64,000 nucleotides of DNA from Atribacterota bacterium (GTDB taxonomy: Bacteria; Atribacterota; Phoenicimicrobiia; Phoenicimicrobiales; Stramentimicrobiaceae), in assembly GCA_040767965.1 (NCBI GenBank), contig JAXGNR010000007.1, positions 122,110 to 186,109 on the forward strand. The letters run 5' to 3'. Positions 1 through 9,820 of this stretch are shown here, piece after piece. The notes beneath the pieces are model-generated. The model did not search any database. It was not told the origin of the DNA and saw only the letters and a list, made by a program, of their open reading frames with translations. Within the stretch, counting starts at the first letter, position 1. Each line of letters begins with the position of its first letter. The position numbers and the translations under genes are program-made.

Positions 1-1101
1 AGCTTTGCGGGTAATGTCATCAGGATAAACACCGGGATCAACATTCTGGTTAGGCGCTAATTTCCCTAATTCTCCAACCCAAATTTCCTGAGCCTGAGCA
101 GAAGCAATGTATTCCATAAAAGCTCTTGCTTCCGGGGTATCATTGAACATGGCAAGCATATCAGCAGCACCCAAAGCTGGGGTACCATATTCTTCTTTTA
201 TTGATGGGAATGGGAAAAAATCAAAGTCCTCTCCGGGAATTAAATCAGGAAAATGCTCAAGCATAAAACCTTTAATAAAGGTAGCCTGTCGATGCATGTA
301 AGCATTTGGAGGATCTGTAAATAAAGCATCAGCAGAATCTCCAAATGGGATAGTCAGAACTGCATTGGGTCCACCATAGACGTAATTGTTACTGCGGGCA
401 ATTTCACCAAATATTTCAAAAGCTTCCATCACAACTTCATTAGTCCAGGCAATCTCATGGTTAACCCAGGCATCATATGTTTCAGGAGAAGCAATTCTTA
501 GCATAATATCTTCAATCCAGTCAGTTCCAGGCCAACCACTGGCTGCTCCTGATTCCAGGCCAATAGCCCATGGTGTATTTCCATCAGCGACCATTTGATC
601 CGACAAGGCTATTAGCTCATCCCAGGTGCCAGGTACTTCATATCCGGCAGCAGCAAATTTTTTCGGACTGTACCAGACCATACTTTTTAAGTCTGCCGAA
701 ATAAATATTGAATAAAGTTGCCCATCATATGAACCAAGCTCAAGCCAGGCATTCGAATAATTATCCAATAATGTTCCTCTATCCATAAAAGTAGCTAAAG
801 GAACCAGCCTGCCTTCTTTGGCAAATTCAACCATCTGCCCGGGATTAGGCATTGCAGAAACATCCGGAGGATTACCGGCTTCTACTCTTGTAGTTAGTAT
901 TGCAGGCAAATCTCTGGTCCCGGTAAACTCTACTTTGATACCGGTTTCTTCTTCAAACGGTGCTACCATCTTTTCAAATGCATCAGCCTCAGCTCCAGTC
1001 CAAACCCCCATTACGGTAACGCTTCCTTGGGCATTTACAGAAATAATAAGCAAACAAAACATTCCAGTAATAGCAAACAATAAACCTAATTTCTTTAACA
1101 T
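1..1101 (-). CDS. Carbohydrate (alpha-glucoside/trehalose, AglE-like) ABC transporter substrate-binding protein, 3' end outside the window
   Basis: Not in the ORF track; my translation from ATG 1101 (SD AGGAGG upstream) is MLKKLGLLFAITGMFCLLIISVNAQGSVTVMGVWTGAEADAFEKMVAPFEEETGIKVEFTGTRDL...AGNPPDVSAMPNPG...KSMVWYSPKKF...WAIGLESGAASGWPGTDWIEDIMLR...HRQATFI, open to position 1. Confidence 0.88.
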   Translation of the reverse strand, partial: MLKKLGLLFAITGMFCLLIISVNAQGSVTVMGVWTGAEADAFEKMVAPFEEETGIKVEFTGTRDLPAILTTRVEAGNPPDVSAMPNPGQMVEFAKEGRLVPLATFMDRGTLLDNYSNAWLELGSYDGQLYSIFISADLKSMVWYSPKKFAAAGYEVPGTWDELIALSDQMVADGNTPWAIGLESGAASGWPGTDWIEDIMLRIASPETYDAWVNHEIAWTNEVVMEAFEIFGEIARSNNYVYGGPNAVLTIPFGDSADALFTDPPNAYMHRQATFIKGFMLEHFPDLIPGEDFDFFPFPSIKEEYGTPALGAADMLAMFNDTPEARAFMEYIASAQAQEIWVGELGKLAPNQNVDPGVYPDDITRKA

Positions 1102-1546
1102 AAAGAACCTCCTATTTTTTATTGTTACCAAAATTGAGTTAACAATAATTAAAATTGAATTGAGCTATTTAACACCTCCTAATATTAAATATTTCTTAGT
1201 AAATTAAATTTAAAATTAAATAACAAATAAGTGATATTTAAAATAGATATCTAATTGATAATTATTTATATATATTATAAAATGTTTCCCTATTTAAATG
1301 CAAATTTTAATCTTAATAATAACCTTCCTTTTTTAACAATTTCTAATTTCTTTCTACCCTTAATAATAGATGCAAATAGAATTATTTTTTTACATCTATT
1401 ATTAAAGTATTAAAGCTATAAATTTTAATCAACAAAAAAATATGTTAATATATAATTAAGTAAAAATTTTTCTTATTTTGTTTTTTTACTGACGATACTT
1501 CCTTTTTGTCAATAAAGCTTTAATAAAATTGTTAAGGAGGTTTTGC

Positions 1547-3733
1547 ATGTCACGTATAGTTGTTGTTTCAAATCGACTCCCGGTAACTGTAAAAAAAACG
1601 GGCAATAAGTTTTCATTTCAGCAAAGTGTTGGTGGCTTAGCTACTGGAATGTCTTCTTTTCAAGAAGACTACCAATGCTTATGGGTGGGATGGCCGGGAT
1701 TATCGACAGAACTGATTAATAATAATGAGAAACAGGAATTAATTGAAAAAATGGATCAATTGGGAAGTTATCCTGTTTTTTTATCCCAATCACATATAGA
1801 AGATTATTATAATGGTTTTTGCAATAGGACTATCTGGCCTCTTTTTCATTGCTTTAATCAGCTTACTGAATATGATAACCATCTTTGGGAATCATATAAA
1901 AAAGTAAACAATATTTTCTGTCAAACAATTCTGGATGTAGCACAGCCTGGGGATTTAATCTGGGTTCATGATTATCACCTTCTATTACTTCCTCAATTGT
2001 TACGCAAAAGAAGACCTGACTTAACAATAGGATTTTTCCTGCATATTCCTTTTCCTCCAACTGAAATCTTTCGCCTTATCCCATGGAGAAGAGAGATATT
2101 AGAAGGTTTGATGGGTTCTGATTTAATTGGTTTTCATACCTATGACTATGTTCGCAATTTCCTTGATTCTATTTTAAGATTAAGAGGATATGAAAATAGT
2201 CTGGGAAATATTAATTATCAAAACCGAATGATAAAAGTTGATTCTTTCCCTATGGGGATAGATTTTGATCTATTCCATAATTCATCTGAACAAAAACAAA
2301 CTAAACAAGAAATAGAAAAAATTAAAAATAATGTTAATACTGATAAAATAATTATCTCGGTTGATAGGCTAGATTATTCAAAAGGCATACTTGAAAGATT
2401 AGAAGCCTTTGCTACTTTTTTAGAAGAAAACCCTGAGTACTGGGAAAAAGTTACTATGATACTGGTTGCGGTCCCTTCCCGCACCGGTGTTCCCCAGTAT
2501 CAAAAATTAAAACATCAGGTTGATGAAAAGATTGGTCATATCAATGGTAAATTCGGAAAATTAGGGTGGACCCCTATTTCATATCTTTATCGTGCTTTAC
2601 CTTTCCACGAATTAACTGCTTTATACTATTTAGCAGATGTTGCTTTAATAACTCCTTTAAAAGATGGCATGAATCTTATTGCAAAAGAGTATATTGCTAC
2701 AAAAAAAGATAATACAGGAGTATTGATTTTAAGCGAAATGGCAGGAGCAGGCAATGAGATGGGAGAGGCTTTAATCGTAAATCCTAATAACCGTACTCAA
2801 ATTTCATGGGCAATAAAGTACGCTTTAAATATGAATAAAAATGAGCAGGAAAAAAGAATTACAGTTTTACAGAAAAGATTAAAAGAATATGATGTAAAAA
2901 AATGGGCTGAAGATTTTAAAGAGAACCTGTTAAAAATAAAAAACCTGCAAAGAAAGCTATCAGCAAGGTTCTTATCTCCTCAAAGCAGATTAAATATAAT
3001 AAAAAAATACAAACAAAGCAAACAAAGATTATTTTTAATTGATTATGACGGCACACTTGTTCCAGGCCATTTTCGATTCAAGCAAATAAACCCTTCACAG
3101 GATGTTATTAATACTGTGAAAATGTTGAATAAAGATCCAAAAAATAAAATTGTTATTGTAAGTGGAAGAGAAAAGCATTTTTTGGAAGAATGGTTTCAAA
3201 ATGTAAATGTAGATTTTATAGCTGAACATGGAGCCTGGCTAAAAAAAGATAATTCAAGCTGGCAAACAGCTGAGCCTTTAAGAAAAGAATGGAAAGAGGA
3301 AATTAAACCAATTTTAGAACTATACACTAATCGTACTCCTAATTCTTTCGTGCAAGAAAAAGAATTTTCTTTAGTCTGGCACTATATCAATACAGATCCG
3401 GCTTTTGGAAGAATTCGAGCAATGGAGCTGATGGATTCATTAACATATCTTACCTCAAATCTCAGTTTAGAAATATATCATGGCGAAAAAGTAATAGAAA
3501 TTAAACCAACAGGAATTAACAAAGGACTTAGTGCTTGTAGATGGGTTTCAGAAAAAAAATGGGATTTTATTTTAGCAATTGGTGATGACTGGTCTGATGA
3601 AATTACTTTTTCATGTTTACCTAATTCTGCATACTCAATAAAAGTAGGTTCAGGAATATCCGGATCAAAATATAATATACATTCCTCAACCGAAGTTCGT
3701 GCCTTATTAAAAGAACTGGCCAAGAAATCCTAA
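1547..3733 (+). CDS. otsAB: Bifunctional trehalose-6-phosphate synthase/phosphatase (GT20 + HAD fusion)
   Basis: SNRLPV, GGLATG, WPLFH, WVHDYHL, FFLHIPFP, DRLDYSKG, DGMNLIAKEY, then HAD DYDGTL and GDDWSDE; ATG 1547 follows AGGAGG. Confidence 0.95.
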   Translation: MSRIVVVSNRLPVTVKKTGNKFSFQQSVGGLATGMSSFQEDYQCLWVGWPGLSTELINNNEKQELIEKMDQLGSYPVFLSQSHIEDYYNGFCNRTIWPLFHCFNQLTEYDNHLWESYKKVNNIFCQTILDVAQPGDLIWVHDYHLLLLPQLLRKRRPDLTIGFFLHIPFPPTEIFRLIPWRREILEGLMGSDLIGFHTYDYVRNFLDSILRLRGYENSLGNINYQNRMIKVDSFPMGIDFDLFHNSSEQKQTKQEIEKIKNNVNTDKIIISVDRLDYSKGILERLEAFATFLEENPEYWEKVTMILVAVPSRTGVPQYQKLKHQVDEKIGHINGKFGKLGWTPISYLYRALPFHELTALYYLADVALITPLKDGMNLIAKEYIATKKDNTGVLILSEMAGAGNEMGEALIVNPNNRTQISWAIKYALNMNKNEQEKRITVLQKRLKEYDVKKWAEDFKENLLKIKNLQRKLSARFLSPQSRLNIIKKYKQSKQRLFLIDYDGTLVPGHFRFKQINPSQDVINTVKMLNKDPKNKIVIVSGREKHFLEEWFQNVNVDFIAEHGAWLKKDNSSWQTAEPLRKEWKEEIKPILELYTNRTPNSFVQEKEFSLVWHYINTDPAFGRIRAMELMDSLTYLTSNLSLEIYHGEKVIEIKPTGINKGLSACRWVSEKKWDFILAIGDDWSDEITFSCLPNSAYSIKVGSGISGSKYNIHSSTEVRALLKELAKKS

Positions 3734-3751
3734 AAGATATTGAAAGTTAAA

Positions 3752-3797
3752 ATTATTAAAGGGAGAGTTTTAATCTTCTATCTCTCCCTTTAATAAT
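3752..3797. terminator. Bidirectional intrinsic terminator between convergent otsAB and fbaB
   Basis: ATTATTAAAGGGAGAG / CTCTCCCTTTAATAAT 16-bp inverted repeat. Confidence 0.8.
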
Positions 3798-3833
3798 AAT
3801 ATTTCTTCTTAATTTCGCTACTTTTCTATTTAT

Positions 3834-4889
3834 TTAGGCTATCTCTATTTCCTTACACAGGTATACATCCTGAATAGCATGGAATATTTTAATACCTTCA
3901 TCCATTGGCTTTTGGAAGGTTTTCCTGCCGGAAATAACTCCCATTCCCCCCGCTCTTTTATTGATAATAGATGTTTTTACAGCTTGCTGCAAATCGTTTT
4001 TTCCTGATGACCCACCAGAATTTATTAATCCAATTCTGCCCATAAAACAATTAACTACCTGAAAACGGGTAAGGTCTATGGGGTTGTCTGTGGTTAATTT
4101 TTCATATACCAGAGGGCTTGTTTGGCCAAAATTAAGAGCATTGTAACCACCATTATTAGTGGGTTGTTTTTGTTTTATTAAATCTGCTTCAATGGTTGCT
4201 CCCAGATAATTTGCCTGTCCGGTCAGATCTGCTGAAGAATGATAATCTATACCGTCTTTTTTGAAAGCAGAATTTCTTAAATAACACCATAATACAGTAA
4301 ACATTCCCAGTTGATGGGCATGCATGAAAGCTGAAGAAACTTCTTCAATCTGTTCTCGGGATTCATCTGAACCAAAATAAATGGTTGCACCTACTCCGCG
4401 TGCCCCCATATCATAAGCCTGTTCTACTGAAGCAAACATTCTTTGATCATAATAGTTAGGATAAGATAATAATTCATTATGGTTCAATTTTACAATAAAA
4501 GGAATTTTGTCTGCATATTTCTTTGACACCATACCAAGCACCCCTAAAGTGGAGGCTACTGCATTACACCCTCCTTCAATAGCTAGTTTAACTATATTTT
4601 CCGGATCAAAATAAATAGGGTTCGGTGCAAAAGATGCACCTGCAGAATGCTCTACTCCCTGGTCTACAGGCAGTATAGACAGATAACCTGTTCCTTTTAA
4701 TCTACCGGTATTAAAAAGAGCTTCCAGGTTTTGCTTTACTTGAGAAGATCGATCAGAAATTCCAAAAATACGATCTACAAAATCAGGACCAGGCAGATTT
4801 AAATTATTCTTTGGAATTGTGTTACATTTATGCTCTAGTAATAAATTATTATCTTCTCCCAAAATGTTCTTTATTTCATTATAATTCAT
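3834..4889 (-). CDS. fbaB: Class I fructose-bisphosphate aldolase (DhnA/FbaB type)
   Basis: [61 protein letters not shown]. Confidence 0.95.
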   Translation of the reverse strand: MNYNEIKNILGEDNNLLLEHKCNTIPKNNLNLPGPDFVDRIFGISDRSSQVKQNLEALFNTGRLKGTGYLSILPVDQGVEHSAGASFAPNPIYFDPENIVKLAIEGGCNAVASTLGVLGMVSKKYADKIPFIVKLNHNELLSYPNYYDQRMFASVEQAYDMGARGVGATIYFGSDESREQIEEVSSAFMHAHQLGMFTVLWCYLRNSAFKKDGIDYHSSADLTGQANYLGATIEADLIKQKQPTNNGGYNALNFGQTSPLVYEKLTTDNPIDLTRFQVVNCFMGRIGLINSGGSSGKNDLQQAVKTSIINKRAGGMGVISGRKTFQKPMDEGIKIFHAIQDVYLCKEIEIA

Positions 4890-4980
4890 ATTTGGCCTCC
4901 ATTATAATTAAATTATTTTATTTATATAAACACACATAAAAATAATTCATTCCAATTTCTTAAACTAAGATTATTATTTT

Positions 4981-5595
4981 TTATAGAAATTGAAAGAATC
5001 TTATCAGCTGAGCAATATTGGTAATTTCCACAACTTGCCAGTAATTTCCCATATTTACCATATTGATCTCAACCAAAAAATTAACATCATTTTTTTCATC
5101 ATAATAGGTCAACCCAACTTCTGCCTGGTCATTCTTTATATTTGTATAATTAATGGTTTGATGATCCCATTTTCCCGGGTCTATTCTTTCTTTAATAATT
5201 TTTATGATAAAAGAGGAAATAGAGTTTTCTTCCTCAGAAGAAGCGTTTTGCCAGTTTCCAGTGGAAACATAATTAATAATTTCGCCTTTTATTATTTCTT
5301 TAATATTTGGTTTTATTACTGAAAGCAAACTTCCGGTAATTTCATTTCGTATTTTATCCCATGTATTATCATTTTTTTCCTCTGGAGAGGTGTAATATTG
5401 CCATGCTTGAACTATAATACCATCTACAAAATTATCTAAATCAAGATATTTTTGAAAAGACCTTACATCCTGTTCTGAAATAGATTTATCTAGTTGCTGC
5501 AAAGAGTATTGGGGAGAAGAGATTATTCTCCAAAATATAAAAACAGAAATAACCAGTATAAGTAATAAAACAAAAATATAAGGCCATTTTTTCAT
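4981..5595 (-). CDS. Membrane-anchored hypothetical protein (DUF2939-like)
   Basis: N-terminal TM helix followed by SPQYSL...D...F.KYLD pattern and C-terminal WQVVEI. Confidence 0.55.
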   Translation of the reverse strand: MKKWPYIFVLLLILVISVFIFWRIISSPQYSLQQLDKSISEQDVRSFQKYLDLDNFVDGIIVQAWQYYTSPEEKNDNTWDKIRNEITGSLLSVIKPNIKEIIKGEIINYVSTGNWQNASSEEENSISSFIIKIIKERIDPGKWDHQTINYTNIKNDQAEVGLTYYDEKNDVNFLVEINMVNMGNYWQVVEITNIAQLIRFFQFL

Positions 5596-5653
5596 TTAGT
5601 ACTCCTATACACCTTTCTTAAGAAAGAATATTATAAATTTTTAGAATAAACAG

Positions 5654-7729
5654 TTAAGAATTTTTCTCTATGCGGGCTGCACAAATTTTAAGTTCCGGTA
5701 TTTTAGCAATTGGATCCAGGGCAGCGTTGGTAAGTATGTTGGCAGCTGCTTCTTCAAAATGAAATGGTACAAATATTAAACCTGGACTAACTTTATGTGT
5801 TATATGTGCTTTAATACTTATTTCTCCCCTTCTGGTAATAATCTTAACCATTTCTTTATCTTCTATGTTTAGCATTTCTGCATCTTCTTTTGATATTTCC
5901 ACATATCCTTCTGGGACACGCTGGTTTAAAGTTTTTGATCTTCTACTCATAGTGCCAGTATGAAAATGCCATAAATTTCTTCCTGTAGAAAGGGCAAAAG
6001 GATAATCCTGATCTGGCAACTCTGCCGGTCCTTTAAAAGTTATTGGAAAAAAGAAACCTTTACCTCTAGAAAATTTGCCATCTTTGTGCAAGTATATGGT
6101 GCCGGGATGATCTTCATCAAGACATGGCCATTGCAGGCCTTCTTCGTTTTTTTGCAATCTTTCCCATGTTATTCCTGCATAAATAGGTGTAACACGGTTA
6201 ACTTCTGATAATATCTCACCAACATTTTGATAATTTAATCCTGAATAACCCATTTTTTCAGCTATCAACCCAATTATTTGCCAGTCTGTTTTACTATTTC
6301 CAACAGGATCTATAGCCTTTCTAACCATCTGCACCCTTCTTTCAGTGCTGGTAAAAGTACCTTCTTTTTCTGCAAAAGATGCTGCCGGCAAAACAACATC
6401 TGCCAGCTTAGCTGTTGGAGTCATAAATATATCTTGTACTACTAAAAATGCTTTTTGCAATGCTTCTCTAACATGGTTGCTGTCAGGATCGCTCATTAAT
6501 GGGTTTTCTCCCATAATAAATAGTGCTTTTAGATTACCATTTCTTGCCTCATGCATCATTTCCACAAGAGTTAAACCTATTTCGTCATCCATATCATTCT
6601 GATCAATTTTCCATTCTGTAGCAAATTTTTGTTGAATTTCTTTATTGTTTACAGGCTGATATCCGGTAAATACATTAGGCAAAGCACCCATATCACATGC
6701 ACCTTGAACATTGTTTTGTCCGCGCAAAGGATTTACACCAGTAGCCCATCTACCAACGTTTCCGCAAAGCATTTGCAGATTAGCAGTACTTTTAACATTA
6801 TCAACTCCATTGGTATGCTGAGTAATACCCATTGAATAAACAAGATAAGTGGTTTTGCCCTTTCCAATAGCACGAGCTGTCTCAACTATTTTTTCTTCAG
6901 GAACACCCGTAATCAAAGAAGCTTTTTCAGGAGTCATTTTTAATACTTCTTCTTTAAACTCTTCAAAATTTTCACAGTATTTATTTATAAATTCAACATT
7001 ATGTAAATTTTCTTGAATAATGACATTCATTATACCATTCAATAAGGCTACATCAGTCCCGGGTCGATGATGCATAGCAATTCCATTATTATCTTCTGCG
7101 AGCTCTGCTAGGGGTATCACCCGGGGATCAGCCACAATAAGTTTAGATCCTTTTTTAATTGCCTCGAGAATTCGTGCTCCTATCAAAGGATGCTGTTCAT
7201 TGGTATTTGAGCCAATTACAAAAATTACTTCAGCATCTACAATTTCATCAATAGAATTTGTCATAGCCCCGGAACCAAAAGAAGCTCCTAATCCAGCAAC
7301 AGTAGAAGAATGACATAATCTGGCACAATGATCAATATTGTTTGTTTTCAGAACTGCCCGGGCAAATTTTTGCATTACATAATTTTCTTCATTGGTGCAT
7401 TTTGCTGAACTTAAACATCCAATTGCCTTTTTATTATCTTTATTTTCTTCTTTAATCTTTTTAATTTTTTCAACAATATATTCTATAGCAGTATTCCAGC
7501 TGACAATTTTCCATTGTCCTTCATTATTTTTTATCATTGGTTCGGTTAATCGATCAGGATGATTGATAAATTCATGTACATTCCAACCTTTTATGCATAG
7601 CTTACCTCTTCCCGGGTTGAATGCAGGAGGCATAACTGGTTTTGTATCAACAACTTTTCCATTAATTGACTTAAGCAATAATTGACATCCTGTTCCGCAA
7701 TATACACATGTTGTTTTGGTTTTGTTCAT
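5654..7729 (-). CDS. fdhF: Cytoplasmic Mo/W formate dehydrogenase alpha subunit (Cys form)
   Basis: CVYCGTGC...LCIKG 4Fe-4S motif, SAKCTNEENY, DHCARLCHSST (Cys, not Sec), PLRGQNNVQGACDMG, C-terminal molybdopterin dinucleotide domain; no Tat signal. Confidence 0.93.
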   Translation of the reverse strand: MNKTKTTCVYCGTGCQLLLKSINGKVVDTKPVMPPAFNPGRGKLCIKGWNVHEFINHPDRLTEPMIKNNEGQWKIVSWNTAIEYIVEKIKKIKEENKDNKKAIGCLSSAKCTNEENYVMQKFARAVLKTNNIDHCARLCHSSTVAGLGASFGSGAMTNSIDEIVDAEVIFVIGSNTNEQHPLIGARILEAIKKGSKLIVADPRVIPLAELAEDNNGIAMHHRPGTDVALLNGIMNVIIQENLHNVEFINKYCENFEEFKEEVLKMTPEKASLITGVPEEKIVETARAIGKGKTTYLVYSMGITQHTNGVDNVKSTANLQMLCGNVGRWATGVNPLRGQNNVQGACDMGALPNVFTGYQPVNNKEIQQKFATEWKIDQNDMDDEIGLTLVEMMHEARNGNLKALFIMGENPLMSDPDSNHVREALQKAFLVVQDIFMTPTAKLADVVLPAASFAEKEGTFTSTERRVQMVRKAIDPVGNSKTDWQIIGLIAEKMGYSGLNYQNVGEILSEVNRVTPIYAGITWERLQKNEEGLQWPCLDEDHPGTIYLHKDGKFSRGKGFFFPITFKGPAELPDQDYPFALSTGRNLWHFHTGTMSRRSKTLNQRVPEGYVEISKEDAEMLNIEDKEMVKIITRRGEISIKAHITHKVSPGLIFVPFHFEEAAANILTNAALDPIAKIPELKICAARIEKNS

Positions 7730-7747
7730 TTTTTATCCTCCTTTTAC

Positions 7748-8629
7748 TTATATCTTTAACTCAAGTGAGGTTTTGATTCTATGAAGATTATATCCAATAT
7801 CCTCAAAAGACCTTCCCATTGCCAATGCCAGCAATTCGATTGCGTATAATACTGGTATCGGGTTTTCTTTTAGTTCCGGAAAATCTCTGGCAGCAATAAA
7901 TTGACCAGTATCAAATTGGGTAAAACAAGAAGGGCAAGAAGTGCTTAAAATTTGAGCTCCAGATATCTGTGCATCTTCAAGCTTACTTTTAATACAGTTA
8001 TTGGAAGCTTCTTTTTCTCCTGCCAGACTCAGGGAAACGCCACAGCAATCATTTTTGGTGAGGTAATCTATTGGTATAGCCCCTAGTGTTTCTATAAACA
8101 TATCATAAAACTCAGGGTCTACAGGATTATCAAATTTAAGTATTTCATTAGGCATTAGAATATGGCAGCCTGCATGGCCAGCCACTTTTAATCCTGTTAA
8201 AGGAGTTTTTATCATTTTTCTTAGATTCTCCAAACCAACATCTTCTTTTAAAACTTGTAAAAAATGTTTTATTTTTACTGTTCCTTTAAATTCTTTCCCA
8301 ATTTCTTGTAAAATTTCATTTACTTTATCTTTTAAGTTTGAATTATTTTTTAGTTTATGATTAGCAATTGCCAAAGTATTTTCGCAGCCATTACAAAGGG
8401 TCATTATATTCATTTGTTTTTCTTCTGCAATTACAATATTACGGGCTGCAGTAACAAGCCAAAATAATTGATTGGCTCCTTGTATCCTAATGGGGTCAGG
8501 GCAGCAGGTAAATTCATCCGTTTCAGTTAAGTTTATCCCTATCTCCGGCAATATCTCTAAAGATAATTTTTCTATATTTGGCAAGCTGGCTGGAATTGTG
8601 CAACCTTTAAAAAACAAATAATTTAACAT
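7748..8629 (-). CDS. hdrB: Heterodisulfide reductase subunit B-like (two CCG domains)
   Basis: FKGC, FTCCPDP, TLCNGC, HAGCH, DCCG, TSCPSCFTQFD. Confidence 0.9.
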   Translation of the reverse strand: MLNYLFFKGCTIPASLPNIEKLSLEILPEIGINLTETDEFTCCPDPIRIQGANQLFWLVTAARNIVIAEEKQMNIMTLCNGCENTLAIANHKLKNNSNLKDKVNEILQEIGKEFKGTVKIKHFLQVLKEDVGLENLRKMIKTPLTGLKVAGHAGCHILMPNEILKFDNPVDPEFYDMFIETLGAIPIDYLTKNDCCGVSLSLAGEKEASNNCIKSKLEDAQISGAQILSTSCPSCFTQFDTGQFIAARDFPELKENPIPVLYAIELLALAMGRSFEDIGYNLHRIKTSLELKI

Positions 8630-9114
8630 TTTGTTTTACCTTCCTCTTGCAATAAGCCGGTTTTCTTTGCAATAACTTTTAATTCTTCACTGGCTTTTTC
8701 ATTCTGTGTAAGCTCTTTCAGACCTGCTCTTTTTCTAGCCATATTTGCAAATTTTATACCATAAACAGTAGTTTCCAGCAAAAGTTGTTCAATTAAACGA
8801 TATACAATAGCTGGAGCCAATCCTTCCTGATAGGCCTTTTCTTTTAAATTAGTGAAAGCTTCAGTAGGATTAGTATCTTGCGGGCAGATAATCACACATT
8901 TTTCACAAGCACAACACATCCAGACATCATGCAAGGCTTCTGGTTTTTCCGCCTCAAATAGCTGGGTAACAAAAGAATCCTCTATGTTATAACGTTTTAC
9001 AAATTGCGTGATAGGACAGAATTTCGAGCAAGCTGAACATTTAAAGCATACTTCAATTGATTTGTCTTTTTTTATCAGATCATTCTTCTCATATTTCAAC
9101 CTTAATACTTCCAT
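8623..9114 (-). CDS. hdrC: Heterodisulfide reductase subunit C-like 2x[4Fe-4S] protein
   Basis: CFKCSACSKFCP and WMCCACEKCVIICP; overlaps the hdrB start. Confidence 0.88.
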   Translation of the reverse strand: MEVLRLKYEKNDLIKKDKSIEVCFKCSACSKFCPITQFVKRYNIEDSFVTQLFEAEKPEALHDVWMCCACEKCVIICPQDTNPTEAFTNLKEKAYQEGLAPAIVYRLIEQLLLETTVYGIKFANMARKRAGLKELTQNEKASEELKVIAKKTGLLQEEGKTKC

Positions 9115-9269
9115 AGGTTTACTCCTGTTCTAATCAGTTGGAAATTACATATCTTTTTGACTTATAGTTTTTAGTAACAGTATTTATTCTAACAAATTCA
9201 AGTACATTTTTTATCAAGAAAATAAATACTTTATTTTCTCAAATATTTTTTAAATTGTGAATATTTAAT

Positions 9270-9314
9270 AGTCAAAAGCAGATTAGTTATTGATATACTA
9301 ATCTGCTTTTGACT
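9270..9314. terminator. 18-bp perfect hairpin downstream of the CMD gene
   Basis: AGTCAAAAGCAGATTAGT / ACTAATCTGCTTTTGACT. Confidence 0.65.
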
Positions 9315-9419
9315 TCTTATAATAATTATTAACATCACAAACTAAAACTATTACATACATTCGTCCAGTAAATTAACATATATAAATAGTTTAATTGCTA
9401 ATTATTTATATTAAGAGTT

Positions 9420-9755
9420 TTATTTAACCCCTAGATCGTCAAGTAAAGGTAGCAACTCGGTTGCTGTATAGGCTACAGCTGGACCTCCGCCCATGAATAC
9501 TGCTACACTGGCAGCTTCTAATATCTCAGCTCGGGAAGCGCCAGCTTTTGCACATTCAGCACCATGAAATTGAATACATGGTTTACATCTGATTGCTATT
9601 CCGATTGCTAAAGCCATTAATTCTTTAGCTTTATGACTAAGAACGCCATCTTTTACACATTCTTGATCTAATTTCATAAAAGAACTCATTATATTAGGCA
9701 TTTCTTTACCCATCTGACCCATTTGAGATTCTAATTTTTTTAATTCTTCACTCAT
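9420..9755 (-). CDS. Carboxymuconolactone decarboxylase / AhpD-like protein
   Basis: LSHKAKELMALAIGIAIRCKPCIQFH (CxxC), EILEAASVAVFMGGGPA. Confidence 0.9.
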   Translation of the reverse strand: MSEELKKLESQMGQMGKEMPNIMSSFMKLDQECVKDGVLSHKAKELMALAIGIAIRCKPCIQFHGAECAKAGASRAEILEAASVAVFMGGGPAVAYTATELLPLLDDLGVK

Positions 9756-9820
9756 TTGTATTCCTCCTATTTTTAGAAATATAATTTCTTAATTATATAA
9801 TTTAACCACTTTATTTTCAA

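Noticed and set aside
107-1207. Plus-strand ORFs 107-301, 386-598 and 818-1207, and other short ORF-track entries antisense to or nested in long genes
   Set aside because: Shadow ORFs of well-supported genes, with no motifs or SD
5654-7729. Selenocysteine-containing formate dehydrogenase
   Set aside because: The active-site position is Cys (CARLCH) in an uninterrupted ORF
9255-9340. Rex operator upstream of hdrC (TTGTGAA half-site)
   Set aside because: The second half-site does not match TTCACAA; too weak in AT-rich DNA
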